A stretch of DNA of 64,000 bases, taken from the NCBI GenBank assembly GCA_004431415.1, contig QPMI01000544.1:111917-175916 (forward strand). Reading direction: 5' to 3'. The DNA is from Cyanophora paradoxa CCMP329 (taxonomy: Eukaryota; Plantae; Glaucophyta). Below the pieces are notes generated by a model. The model worked only from the letters and a program-made list of their open reading frames with translations, had not been told where the DNA came from and did not search any database. A program made the translations under genes and the position numbers. This document shows positions 36,450 to 48,811 of the stretch, one piece after another (the first letter of the stretch is position 1; each line of letters starts with the position of its first letter).

Positions 36450-37156
36450 TCACTTCTTGGGCGCGCGGGGGAGCTTGACACCCAGCGCCCGCTCCATCTT
36501 GGCGATCACCGCGTTGTTCGGCACGCCCTGCAGCGCGCTCATGCGCAGCACTTGCGAGAGCAGTAAAGCTAATTAGGCCCTGTGCACCTTGGCGGATTCT
36601 AGGTCCTTGACGACGTGCTCCTGCTCGCAGATCGCTTGCGCGAGCTGCTTCTGCGTCCAGTTCTTCTTGGCCCGCGCGTCACGGATCGAGTCGGCCAGGC
36701 CCCGCGAGACCTTCGGCACTGCCGAAAGCTGGGGTTAGCCCGGCAGCCGGCCGCGGCGGCGAGGCGCGCGCGGCCGCGGCCGAAGATAATTAAGGCCGGC
36801 CGTCGGGCCGTTCGGGCGCACGTTCGAAGCCCTCGCCGTTCTCGTCCAGCTTGGGCGCGTAGATTCCGGAGCCGGCGTGCTGCTTGTTGGCTCCGGCGTT
36901 GTCTGCAGGCAAGGAGGGCGGTCGCGGCCACGTGAGGTCGGCGCGAGGCTGTCCGCGGGGCCGGGTCGGAGAGCGCGTACACTTCTTTACGGTCTCCACG
37001 GCCGCCCCGGGCTCAACGGGACCCCTCGCCACGACCTTGGCGGAGGCCGGGCGCGCGCCGGACTTGCGAAGGACGACGGGCTCCCTGGCGGGTGTCAGGC
37101 GAGGGCACTGTGTGCGCTCAGAAGGAAGCGCACCAATCCTGCTGGATGGCGGACAT
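36450..37156 (-). CDS. MBF1: Multiprotein bridging factor 1
   Basis: MSAIQQDW|EPVVLRK..NAGANKQH..KLDE..IRDARAKKNWTQKQLAQAICE..DLESAK|GVPNNAVIAKMERALGVKL. Confidence 0.95.
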
Positions 37157-37383
37157 GGTGGTGGCGCGCTGGCGTAAGAAGCAACGAAGTTCGATGGGTT
37201 CTAGAAGAATTCCGGTCCGCGCTGCGGGTCGGCTAAATCGCTCACGGTGAGCTAAGGAATGAGCCGACAGACCGCTGGCCCGGCCGATGGCGCTAGCTGC
37301 GTCTGATTCGAGCGGACCTGGTCAGGTGGTACTCGAGCGAACGAAGTGAGCACCCGGTACCCGTTCGGAGAGGAAAAACCTCG

Positions 37384-39425
37384 ATGGCCTTCGTTTCCGG
37401 CGTTCCCGGCGCCCTGCGGCAGCCAGCCACCTGTTCGTGCTTCTGCAATGCTTCGGCCGCCCAGCGCGACGCGGGGGAGACCCTTGCCCGGAACCGCCGG
37501 CAGCGGCAGCTCTCCGCCGCGGCTGGCCCTGCCAACGGTGCCACGTTTCATGCGGCGACGGCTCGACGCGAATTCCACGGCGCGCCGCTGCGCCCGGGCC
37601 GCGGCATGCAACACGCACACGTGACGCCCGAACCCGGCCCGAGCGCCCGGGCGGAGGCCGCCAGCCACGAGGATGAGGTAGCCCGCCTCATCAAGGACGG
37701 CGTCATCACAGTCCTCCGCGACGACGAGCGCAACGTGGAGTACTACGTCGTCGGCACCGTGCGCCCGCCCGCCCTTCCAGCGCCTTCCCCGCCCCTCGCC
37801 GACGCTTGGGTTTGCAGGCGCACGTATCTGCAAACTCCGTAGAGCACGTGAGATCCGCAATACGGTGCGGGCCCGCCCGCGCCCGTCGGCCGCGCCTCTC
37901 CCGTGCTCCCGCGCCGACTCCCGCCGCGCAGGGCTGTGCAGCCGCAAGCTGTGATGCTCGAGCTTTGCCCCGCGCGAGGCACCTCCACGCTCCTCCTGCA
38001 CCCGGAGGACGAGAAGAAGCTGACCCAGGCCCGCTCTCCGCCCGCGCCCCGCGCGCCTGCGCGCTCTGAGGGCGCCCCCGCGCGAGCAGTTCAACAAGAA
38101 GGACGTGAAGAAGCTCGCGAAGAAGGCGGGGCTGATGTACGTCGGCCTGCGCTACTTCTACAGCATCGTCTCCAAGAGGATGGGCGTCGTCGCCGGCGCC
38201 GAGTTCATGGCGCGCCCTCCCTCTCTCCCTGCCTCGCAGCGCCCGCCTCCGAACTCTCCCGCCCGCCCGCCCGGCCGCTGACTCGCCCGGCTCGCGCGCA
38301 CGCAGGCGGCTGCGGAGGAGGCGACGGCCGTCGGGGCGCAGATCGTCCTGGGGGACCGCCCTGTGGACATCACGCTCGCCCGCCTCTCGCGCTTCGCCGT
38401 CCGGCGGCTCCTCCCCGCGTTCATCCTCCTCGAGTCGGCCGGCCTCGTCTTCGATCAGGTCCAGGGCGCGCACTCCACCGCAGAGGTCGCGCAGGCCGCC
38501 GCTTCCTCCTCGGGCGGGGTGCGCCCGAGCGCGCCGAGCGCCCGAGCGCGCTCTCGGAGCGGCCCGGCCCACGCGCCCGCCCGCCCGCCGCGCAGATCGC
38601 GCCGGTGGTGGCGGCCCTGACTGCCTTCTTCTTCACGGGAACGTGCGCGCGCGCGGCTCCCTCGCCTCTCTCGTCTCGCTCGCTCACTTCATCCCCCCCG
38701 CAGCCCCTTCGCCCCCCTCTCGACGACGCTGGGCGACACGAGCGACATGTCCCTGCGGGCGGCCGCCTTCACGGCGGACCTCCTGGGCGTCGTCGCCTCG
38801 CTCCCCATCATGCTCGGCGTCTCCGCCGCCGCCTCCGTCCTACTCCTCTCCTCCAACGTAGTCGACAAGTTGATCCGCGTCGTCCAGAAGGCTCGTTTGA
38901 AATCTCCGCGCTGAGGACGATGCTGACCGGAGCGCAGACGAACCTGCCGGCGCCAGGCGCGCTGGTGGGCGAGCGGGACCAGTTCCTCGTGTGGTCCATG
39001 CGCGAGCACCCGCTCATGCCGAAGCGCGATGCCCGCGTCGTCGTGCGCCGTACCCCTCCTCCGCTTCTTCCCCCCTCCCCCGCCTCCCGCCGCCTCACCT
39101 GAGGCTCAGGTGGTCGTCGGGGCGGCGCACGTGCGCGGGATCGCGCGGCGCTTCAGCTCGGGGCACCCCATCGACCTCGAGGGCCTCGTGTTCGATCCCC
39201 GCCACGACCGCGGCGAGCGCGACGAGGTCCGGTCTTTGCTGTACCCCCTCCCAACCCTCCATACTCAGGACGGGGGGTACAGGTGCTGGAGCGCCTGAGG
39301 CAGAAGGACGAGGCGGCGCACGAAGTGATCGCCCAGCGCCAGGCGCAGCGCGCCGCCAGTACCCCGCCCTCCCCGCCGGCCTCTTGAAGGAGGACGTACC
39401 CCTGGACCCGCGCGTTGCGCTGTAG
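37384..39425 (+). CDS. TraB-family protein with predicted plastid transit peptide
   Basis: MAFVSGVP N-terminus; YYVVGT|AHVSANS; VMLELCPAR; GAEFM|AAAEEA..IVLGDRPVDITL; LVGERDQFL; VVGAAHVRGI. Confidence 0.9.
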
Positions 39426-39726
39426 ATTGTAGTGTGCCATACCATCCCATCTCGTGTACCTAGATCTTCCCTCCCTCCCTCTGTTTGGACCGTGCATTTC
39501 CCTTTCGTTTCGGACCAAGTTCGGAATCCTTGTACTCTACCAATGACCGTATTCTTTGAGGCGCAGCTTCTGTGTTCGTGGGTAGCTTGGTCGCTATCGC
39601 ATCTGTCGGACATGCTTTGTTTTGATTATGTCACGGGCGGTAGGAGTGAGATAAGGGGACAGTGTAAGGGACGAATTCGAAGAGGAGAGGCGCTGGGCCA
39701 AAGAGGGGAGGGACGAGAGCGGGGTA

Positions 39727-40812
39727 TCATTTTCTGGAAGAGGACCCGCCCCCGCCGCCCGAGCCGGACACGCGCGTCCCGGCGAGGGAGGGTACGGAGG
39801 CCGGCGGCGGCCTTGCGTCCCCCTGTTCCTCCCTCTGCTCGATGGGGGAAAGGGGGGGTTCAGCAATGCGGGGAAGAAGGGGTGGAGTGCGCGGGGGGTA
39901 CGCGCCTCCATCTCGGCGAGCTTCGCTTTCAGCTGGGCGATCTTCGCCTCCGTCGCGCTGCACGTGGGGCGTCGGCGCCGGTCGGGCGCACGCCATGGCC
40001 TGGCGCACCTCATGCCGCCGCCCCTCCGCTCCGCGCGGGGCGCCTTCGGCGCCTGCGGCGCCGCGGCGCTGCTCGACGCTGCTGCCTCCCCGCCCGAATC
40101 TTCGTCCGCGCCTGCAGGGACCTGCGCGGGCCTCAGCGCGGGCGACAGTGGGCCGCGGGCTGCGGGCGCGGCGCGGCACGCACATTCTCGTTGAAGAATC
40201 GGACGGCGAGCGGCCGGCCGAGCAGCAGCTTCCCGTGGAGCGCGTCTTTCGCGCGCTCCGCTTCCTGCGCGAGCGCTCGGGGGCGGGCCGGCCTGCCGCC
40301 CGCTCTCCGCCCGAGACGCACCGCGCGGCTCGAAAACTCGATGAAGCAGTAGCCCCGCGGCTCGCCCTTCTTCTGGCCGTGCTGGTGCCACAAGAACTCC
40401 TCACGCACTGCGCAAAGTCAGGCGGCTGAGGAGCGCGCGGGGCCGGATTCGCGCGCCGATCTTCCCGTACGTGCGGAAGAGCTTCAGCACGGCATACTCC
40501 GTGATGCGCGCGTCCAGGTTGCCAACATACAGCTTGTTTTCCTGTCCCATTGCTCAGCTTCGGGCGGCGAGCACCACGCGCAGGGCGCACGACGACTTCG
40601 GACCGCTGCAGCGGCTCTATGGACTCGGCCAGCTTGCTCTCCAGGTCGATCGTGCCCGCTGCGGCCCTCTTCGCGCCGCCGGTGTACGGGTTGAAGGTCT
40701 CCGCGTCGCGGGCCTTCGGCCGCGCCGGCCTCTGCTCTGCGTGCGGCGCGCCGGACTTCGCCAGGCGCTCGAGCTCCCGGCGCTGCTTCTGCAGCTCCCG
40801 GTCCTTCGGCAT
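39727..40812 (-). CDS. RBM18: RRM protein, RBM18-like
   Basis: KLYVGNLDARITEYAVLKLF; FLWHQHGQKKGEPRGYCFIEF; LHGKLLLGRPLAVRF; C-terminal AKIAQLKAKLAEME. Start codon uncertain. Confidence 0.8.
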   Translation of the reverse strand: MPKDRELQKQRRELERLAKSGAPHAEQRPARPKARDAETFNPYTGGAKRAAAGTIDLESKLAESIEPLQRSEVVVRPARGARRPKLSNGTGKQAVCWQPGRAHHGVCRAEALPHVREDRRANPAPRAPQPPDFAQCVRSSCGTSTARRRASRGATASSSFRAARCVSGGERAAGRPAPERSRRKRSARKTRSTGSCCSAGRSPSDSSTRMCVPRRARSPRPTVARAEARAGPCRRGRRFGRGGSSVEQRRGAAGAEGAPRGAEGRRHEVRQAMACARPAPTPHVQRDGGEDRPAESEARRDGGAYPPRTPPLLPRIAEPPLSPIEQREEQGDARPPPASVPSLAGTRVSGSGGGGGSSSRK

Positions 40813-41139
40813 TAGGGGTCGGTGTGTCTGCTTCCGAAAACCTGTACCCCAGAAAGCGTCTGAAATCCTGGCCGTCGCCTTTCGGGCTGCAGGAAGCAGC
40901 GGTCGACAGCGCTTGGTCCGGCTGCAGCGATAGAGCTGCGCTAGCGCATCGTCAGCCGACTGCCTGTCCGTCCTCGTCCGCATGGCGGGCGCTGGAGCCA
41001 AGGCTGGCGTCAAAAGCGGCGCTGCGAAGAAGTCGGAGACACGGTGCGCTTGACGCGTCGCGCGCCGACACGCGTACGGCTCCGGCCGCCTTGCAAATTT
41101 GAAAGCGCTAGCAGACGTACGCGTACGCATCAAATTTGA

Positions 41140-42994
41140 ATGCCCGTGCGCAGCCCCGCGGCACGCCCGTGGCTTCCAAAAGATGGAATTCTCAACCTCT
41201 CGAACAAGGATTTGGCGGCGTGGCCAGCGGGAACAATCGCGTCTGTGGGCCCCGAGAACATCCGCGTCCTCAACCTCTTCAACAACAGGCTCAGAATCAT
41301 CCCCGGCGAGGAGCTCGCGCAGTTGAAGAATCTGGAGGTGCTTTACGTCGGCTCGAATCATCTGACGGAGCTGCCTCCGGAGATCGGAGCCCTCGCGCGT
41401 CTGCAGAAGCTGGGCGTGCAGAGCAATCGGGCGCTGCCGGCGCCCATTTACGGCGGGCTTCGAATCCCAGCGGAGATCGGAAAGCTCGCGCGCCTGGAGC
41501 AGCTCGACGTGCGCGACAACAGCCTCACGTCGCTGCCGCTGGAGATCGGGCGGCTCGCGCGCGTGAAGCTGCACATCGACGGCAACCCGCTGTCGGACAT
41601 GCCGGGGCACGCTCGCAAGTCTTCTCTTGCAGCCCTCGCCTACCTCCGCGCCACGGCCGCCGTGAGCTTTGGTTTCGCCTTCCTGCCACCCTCGTGCCGC
41701 CTGACGCTCATGCAGAGGCTCGCCTCGTGCTCCAAGGCTCCTGAAAGCGCTCCCAAGGCTTCCGTGTGCACCCCGGGCTGCGTTTTAGCTCTTCTTGTGG
41801 TCTAAGCTCTCTGCAGGCGCCGGCTCCGAGGCCGCCGCAGCCGAAGGCTTTGGGAAGCGGCAGCTCGGCCGCTGCTCAGGTGCTCGCCGTGACGGTTTTA
41901 GAGGCTTGCCAGCCGCCCCGCTCAGCGCCGCCGACGACTCGCTTTCTGCAGGCGGCAGCTCCGGGTCCGAAGCAACCTCCGAAGGACGCGGGCCCCGGCC
42001 CAAGCTCTGCCACGGCGCAGGTGCTTACCCTCGACCCTCTGCTCCGGACGACGCGCGTCACACCTTCTGCGCAGGCCCCGCCCACGCGTCCGTTGGCTTC
42101 CGCGGCAGCGGCGGCAGCGCCGCCGCCGCCGCCGCCGCCGCCGCAGCCGCAGCCGCAGCAGCAGCCGCAGCCGCAGCAGCAGCCGCAGCCGCAGCAACCG
42201 CAGCAGCCGCAGCCGCCGCAGCCGCAGCCGCAGCCGGCGGTCCAGGTGGATGTGACAGAGGTGCTGGAAGCAAAGATCGAGACCCTCCGGGGTCGCCTCT
42301 CCGAGGCGAAGAAGCACGTCTTGGAGTGCGAGAAGCTCCGGCCGCTGGCGGAGAAGGCGCGGTCGCTGCACGCGGAGAACAAGGAGCTCAAGAGCCGCCT
42401 CACGGATACGGCCAAGCGCCTCTCGGCGCAGGAGAAGCAGCAGCAGCAGCAGCAGAAGCGGCAGGCGGCGCTCGAGACTCAGAGAAAGGAGGAGGCGGCC
42501 AGGCTCCTCGCGGCGGCCCGGGCCGAGGCCGCCGCGCTGCAGAGGCGGATCTCGGAGAAGGACGAGCAGCTGAGGCGCTTCGCGCAGCAGCAGTCGGCGC
42601 TGCAGGAGCGGCTGGCGCTCTACGAGGGCGGGGCGGGGCCCAGCGGGCGGCAGTGGGGCGGGGAGGAGCTGGAGGCGGCGGCCCAGCGGCTGGAAGCGGC
42701 AAAGCGGCGGGTGGAGGAGCTGCGGGTCGAGGCGATGGTCGAGGAGCGAATCAAGCGGAGGCGCCTCGAGGGCCCGCCCCCCTTCGAGTGCCCCGTGCGC
42801 CTCCACAGCCGTCCCTGCCTCTGGCGCCCTGTCTGATGGGGGCGCGCCAGATCTGCTGCGAGGAGCGGGACCGCGGGGCGCGGCGCCTCCTCACGGGCTG
42901 CGGCCACGTCTTCTGCTCGACCTGCACCGGCAGGCTCGCCGAGTGTGCCACGTGCCGCAAGCCCATCGAGGGCCTCTCGCTCATCTACGATTGA
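41140..42994 (+). CDS. LRR + P/Q-rich + coiled-coil + C-terminal RING E3 ligase (LRSAM1-like architecture)
   Basis: LxxLxLxxNxL repeats; coiled coil; CP|ICCE..GCGHVFCSTC..CATCRKPI. Confidence 0.88.
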
Positions 42995-43129
42995 TTAGCG
43001 ATGCATTCATCTCTAGACCAGAATTCTGCCGAGCAGTATTTACAATAGGGCGCATGATCGTAATTAATCATCACTTTGATTTGCCCTGGCTTCCTCTCCC
43101 CGCCTGGGCCCTCATGATCACACGCACGC

Positions 43130-43635
43130 CGTGACGCTCGAGTTGCTTAATAGGTCATTGCAACTGCAAAAGTACAAGATTCGCGAGGGGGCCTACGTAT
43201 ACATCACTACTACCCTGGCCCCGGCCCTAGGCCTCGCACGCTCGAGCTGCTTAGCAGGTCATTGCAATTACAAAATTAAAGGATTCGCGAAGGGCCCGGC
43301 GGCCTACATCACTAGGGGGGCGGGCCTAGCTCAGACGGGGGGCCCGGCGGGGGCGACCTCGGGGCGGAGGAGGCGGCGGGAGAAGTGGAGGGCGACGAAG
43401 AACAGGATACCCCCCGCCACGAGCCAGGGGAGGACGAGGCCCTCTCGCGCGAAGCCCCGCCCCGTCGCCGACCCCGCCGGCGGCGGCGGGCCCGTCCCGT
43501 CCCCGCCCCCGCTGCCCGCCGCCGGCCCGGGAGAAGTGGAGGGCGGCGAAGAAGAGCATACCCCCCGCTACGAGCCAGGGGAGGACGAGGCCCTCAGGGC
43601 CTCCCCTGCGAAGCCCCGCCCCGTCGCCGACCGGT
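43130..43635 (+). repeat. Two pairs of diverged local direct repeats
   Basis: CGCTCGAG.TGCTTA..AGGTCATTGCAA..GATTCGCGA..GGCCTAC..ATCACT at ~43135 and ~43239. GAGAAGTGGAGGGCG.CGAAGAA..CGAGCCAGGGGAGGACGAGGCCCTC..GAAGCCCCGCCCCGTCGCCGAC at ~43380 and ~43531. Confidence 0.8.
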
Positions 43636-45516
43636 ACCCCGCCTGCGCATGCGGCGCCGGCGCCGGCGGCAGGCCCGTCCAGGGCCATGACCTCCGGAAC
43701 CTCCCCCCCCCCCCCCCCCCCCCCCTTTTGATGGCCATGGGCCGGGCGCCCCCCCCCCTCCCCCTTTTGATGGCCATGGGCCGGGCGCCCGTACGCGTGC
43801 ACGTGGCAAACCCTTGCCTATAGCTACCTGCTAAAATCGATCTCGCGCTTCATTAGATCATCGGATCTGCGCTTCATGCTAGCGCTGCAGCTCATGATCA
43901 GCGGCTTGTTAACGTTGCGGCGCGCGCGACCGCGAATTGGCCCTAGGCCTCGCACGTGATCATGACTACGTATATACGTATACAAATTTAAAGTAAAGTT
44001 GATCATGAGTTGAATTCGAAACTACTACTAGGCTAGCTCGGTTCACATATGCATGTGCAGTTGGCCCCTGGTTGCTAAGGAAACGGGCTACGATCATCAT
44101 CGGATCGCACAAATGGAGCCGGCGCCCCCCATGGCCATTGCCGCTTGTTTCTCTTCAAGCAACATTTCGCCCAGTTACCAGGGACATTTCGTTTTGGCCT
44201 AGGGTGGGCACCCGAACACCCCCCAAGTGGGGGAAGGCCCTGAGGGGAATTCGAAGGGGGTCCTTCCGAAGTTCCCAATTAAGGTATGCAATTTATTATG
44301 TCGCCCCGAAATTATGTCGCCGAATTCGAAAACGTCGAAAACGACATAATTTGGGGACGTCATAAATTCGACTCATAATACGACCCGCTACGTATACGTG
44401 GTACTCCCCCAAATTTACCGCCCGGCCCCATACAATTGCAAGCCTGAAACTTTCGTGCCGACATAATTTGAAGGCGTCATATTTCGCACAGACTCTAGAT
44501 CTGAGAGAAGGCTCGGCCGTGGGTTTTATAATAATTATAACAACACAAATTTGCCTGTCATAATATTGTGTATTACGGACCAATTTACGGTATGGCCCCC
44601 CACGGGGGGGGCCCCACCGTATGGGCCCGGGCCGGGCGCCCCGTGGGCGCTTGCGCATGCTTGGCATTGCTTCAATTTGCTTGCACTTGACCGCCGGGCT
44701 GCAGCCTGCACTGCGGCAGATTCAGATGATCTGAACATGAAGCTTGACGTGGGTCGTGGCCCTGAGAGCTTCGAATTAGTGAGGAAAACCTTCATGATTT
44801 GTTTTCATTCGAGCTCGAGCTCCTAGCACGGTGTTTTGGGGGGTGCCAACTGGTCCGGCCTTTCATTTCGAAACAGAATCAAGAATTCAACGATTCGATC
44901 AACAAAATCGACAATTCGAACAGAGATGTAAAATGCATTATGCATGTTAACGTTCTGTGAACTTCTCATGAGTCTGTCATGATCACAAATTCACAATTGC
45001 AAGACTCACAACTTCTGTGAGACGAGGACTGTCATACAGACTCATACTACTGTGACGTGCACGTGACAGCTGCAGTGAGTCTGACACAGATCTAGACTTA
45101 CTTACACAGTCTACTACTGTCTACTGATCATGATTACTAGTAATTATGAGTCATGATTCTACTGCTCAGCGACTATCCGATTGGTCTAAATTTGCTTTCC
45201 AACCGTCCGAGAGACTCTGAGAGTGCGGCGTCCGGTGCCGGTTAAAGCCCCGTTCATGTACGGTTCACGCCGCGAATCACGCGCGGTACCGGTTCAAACC
45301 CGTAAACTCCGTGCTGGGACAGCCTAGGAGGCTGATGAATGGTGGGCATTGGTGGCTGACAGGCTAGTGACAGCTAGCCTACCGACGCTACCGTGCTGGC
45401 ACGGTGCTGCCTACCGTAGACGACTTATATACCGCGCTGACAAAGCCTGACATACCGGTAACTACTGCGCTACCATATTACTGGAGAACCAGAAATATTT
45501 AGTGGGCTGCATATTT

Positions 45517-48500
45517 ATATCTTTTGCGTTCTTCTGATCGTGTCCCTTCTCGTGATCCCTCTTGATTCCGTATTTTGTGCTAGTTTACTGTATCTTTGAT
45601 TTGTGATTGCTTTGTTGTCCCTAATATCACTACCTACGGGGGGTTCGCCCCACCGTAGTCTCTCAAAAAAAAATTTATCCTTAGCAGAGGCTTTGCCCGA
45701 GGACGTGCAGCCCTCTTTACCATTGCCTCCTATTACGTTCTCCGCTATTCTAGATCCACAAGTTCCCGGTGTTGCGGGGACATTGATCACATCTTCTGTG
45801 GATGCCGATTTCTGTGTTCGGTATCTCGGTTATATTTTGGCGGGCATTTACGCAATTTTTCAGCTGTCTTTTTTTTTTTTTGGTGAATTACCGGCCACAG
45901 CCTCTAGTCTACTCCAGCACTGTGGGGGCGTGTACAGGCAAGGTGGGGCATGATCGATCGGAATTATGTGGAACGGGCGGGATTTGAAGGCGTGATTCTC
46001 ATCGCAGGGCGATTCGAACACGGAAGGCATGCATCGGAAAGCGTGTATGATAACCACACCGCTATGAGCGGGGGCTGTCCCGTGCATATCTCTCACCCGA
46101 TAATTTACTTGCTGAGCGGGTACCAGTGTACTCCGTTAATGCTCTGCTAAACCTGTGGAAACGTTTTCTGGATATTCTCGAGATTACGTTGCCTCCTGCT
46201 GTCGAGCGCATTGAGCTTCTTCGTTTACGGCATTTAGGGGAGGGCTCTGATTACGATGGTTCAAACCCTGAGTCACGTGACCGCCCTAGCCCCCCTCAAT
46301 CTATTTTTGATGCGAGCTTCTTTTCTGTGCGCGGAGCTATCCCTCTACAGCGCTCGGGCCCCCAGCAGTCGCGGTCCCGGGCCCCCTGCAGTCGCTACCC
46401 CTAGGCCTGCTGCTACAGTTAATGGCGTCGGCGTGAATCCTCAAGTTCAGCACATTGCGAGGCCATCTGCTAGCGCTGATACAGCTTCGGTCCCGGCTCC
46501 CTCGAGTTCTCGTTTGAGCTCGTCTGCCGATGCTAGCGCTAGCGCCGCTTCTGCCTCCACATTAATATGCCCTATTTGTGGGAAGAACTTTCAGTCTTCT
46601 GCTGATCGTGACCGTCATGTTCGGGCTGATAAACATCCTGCTAATGCCCGTGGCGTTCGCCGACCTCGAACCCCCTCTAGTTCAGAGAATCCTCCAGATC
46701 CTGTGCCTCCTGCCCAGCGCCCCCGCCTCCAGTCTCCGGATCCGGCACCCCCAGTGCTTGCTCCAGCTCCTGCAGCTGCGGCTACATATGCCGAGCCCCG
46801 TCAGCCTGTTCCGACTTTGCGACGGATTCGCTCCCCTGCACCCTCACCGTCGCCACCTGCTCAGCGGCTCCGTACTTCCCTGCCCCCCCCTAGTCCTTCT
46901 CTGATACCTTCCGTTTCACGAATCCGCCGCCCCCGGTCTCCGTCGAATTCAACCTTGCCTCCCGATGCCGATCCGTCCCCTGTCCATGTGTCTCGGCGCC
47001 TGCGGCTTTCCTCTCCTGTACCTTCGGCTTCCCCTCTGGCTGTCCCGCCAGATCCACCTCGCCCGCCGGTTCCTGCATGGCCCCTTTGATTCATGATAGT
47101 CTTGTATCAATCTTCGCTTCACCTCAACTTAGTTTACCCTCAGTTGTTTTGCCGTCACCTCCATCAGATGCTTCATCGATGTTAGTTAGGAGCACTGGCC
47201 CCTCCACCTTCCAGTTCCTCGTGTATTCCATGCCTTCCCTGTACCTTTGATTCCGTTCCCTTTGTCGTTAGCTCTGCCTCTTCCTCCTCCATCTCTCACT
47301 GTTAGCCCTCAGGCAGTTCCGCCTCTTTATCTTCAGCGACCGTCAGACCGTATAGTTTTTGGCAGCGAGTATTTTGTGTATGGTGACGTTCCTCGTGTGT
47401 ACCCTTCTCTCTCTTCTACTTCGCTATATTTGCCTCTCCCGCCTGGTTCAGCCCCATCGTCTGCCTTCCCTGTCACTACTGGCTTGCGTTTCGCCCCTCC
47501 TCTTATACTGCCGATTCCGAGTCTGCACCCGAGCTCTGCCCTTTCCTCGTGTCGTCCCAGTTCCTCAGATTAGTCTTCAGCCGTCCATTGTTTTACCAAC
47601 TCTACAATCTCGATTCCGTTTAGACACTCCGCCAGCTTCGACTTTCCCCTCTAGTGGTGTCCTACGTTTCGCCTCTCCTACTGTTCTACCGCCTTTGCCT
47701 CCTGCGACTACGTCTTCTAGTTCTGCTGTTAGCTCTGTCTTGTCGTCTTCGTCTAGATCTTCGTCTTCGACTGTAGTTCCTCGTGCTCGTTCTCCTTATT
47801 TGCTGCGTCCCCGTGCTCCTCGTCGTTCTAGTGTGACTAGTACTTCTGCATCGACGCCCTTGAGCTCTTCTACTCCTTCTCCTCGTGCTCGTTCTCCTTA
47901 TCTTTTGCGTTCTTCTGATCGTGTCCCTTCTCGTGATCCCTCTTGATTCTGTATATATTTTGTGCTAGTTTACTGTATCTTTGATTTGTGATTGCTTTGT
48001 TGTCTTTAATATCACTACCTACGGGGGGTTCGCCCCACCGTAGTCTCTCAAAAAAAAAAAAAAAAAAATTTATAGTACTAAAAAGTTTTGAGCGAAGTAA
48101 CAAAGTTTGATGCTAGAGTTAGTTTCAATACTAGCTATAGTCCTCGTGCTCGACCTGTTGTTCGCCGTCGTTTGCAGTTCGATTGCCCGCCTCGACCCTG
48201 GCCGGCTTTAGTGATTCCTTTGACTGTCCTTTTGCCTGCTCTTGATCCGCCTGCTCCGCCTCCTGTGTCCTCCTCGACCTCGTGCCGTAGCTCTGCCCTT
48301 TCGCATCGTCCTGCTTCGCCTCCGCCTCCATGTCGTCTTGTTGTTCCTCTTACTTGTCTTCTTCCTGTTATTTATCTTTCTCAATTTTGTCCCCCGCTTC
48401 TTAGTGATGTAATTCCTTCTGATATTGATGGTATCTCTAGCTCTGGCTCTTCTTCGTGTCAGTTATCCTCTGTCCCTAGATCTGCTCGATTTATCGTCTC

Positions 48501-48752
48501 TTCTCGCTATCGATCTGTCTCGAGCTCTGTGTCTTTCCTTTTTATTGTCGATTTTGGCTCTTTGTCTTATCTTTCTTCGTGCTCTTGTCTTAGTTATTTT
48601 GCTTTTTTGTCTTTATGCCCCCTGGGCAGCCCCCGCAGTGCTGGTGTCTAGAGACTGTGGCCGGTAATTCACCAAAAAAAAAAAAAGTTTTATCGCTAGA
48701 TTAGAGGCTGTGGCCGGTAATTCACCAAAAAAAAAAAAAAAAGTTTTATCGC
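45517..48752 (+). mobile_element. Nested non-LTR retrotransposon relics (two poly(A)-tailed 3'-end families)
   Basis: Family A 3' end plus poly(A) at 45517-45673 and 47899-48068. Family B GGCCGGTAATTCACC-poly(A) at ~48660 and ~48712, and inverted at 45869-45935. RT-thumb-like VRYLG near 45820. Confidence 0.75.
46256..47089 (+). CDS. Retroelement-associated ORF remnant with a C2H2 zinc finger and Pro/Ser/Arg-rich tail
   Basis: LICPICGKNFQSSADRDRHVRADKH; intronless; inside the LINE relic. Confidence 0.55.
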   Translation: MVQTLSHVTALAPLNLFLMRASFLCAELSLYSARAPSSRGPGPPAVATPRPAATVNGVGVNPQVQHIARPSASADTASVPAPSSSRLSSSADASASAASASTLICPICGKNFQSSADRDRHVRADKHPANARGVRRPRTPSSSENPPDPVPPAQRPRLQSPDPAPPVLAPAPAAAATYAEPRQPVPTLRRIRSPAPSPSPPAQRLRTSLPPPSPSLIPSVSRIRRPRSPSNSTLPPDADPSPVHVSRRLRLSSPVPSASPLAVPPDPPRPPVPAWPL

Positions 48753-48811
48753 TCACTAAAGAGGCGGGGAGGGGGGGGTACCGTTCGAAAAGGCCTTGAG
48801 CGCGGGAAAGC

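Noticed and set aside
45325-45345. CTGATGA as a hammerhead ribozyme core (Penelope-like element)
   Set aside because: No matching GAAA core or stems were found. The nearby repeats fit poly(A)-tailed LINE ends better.
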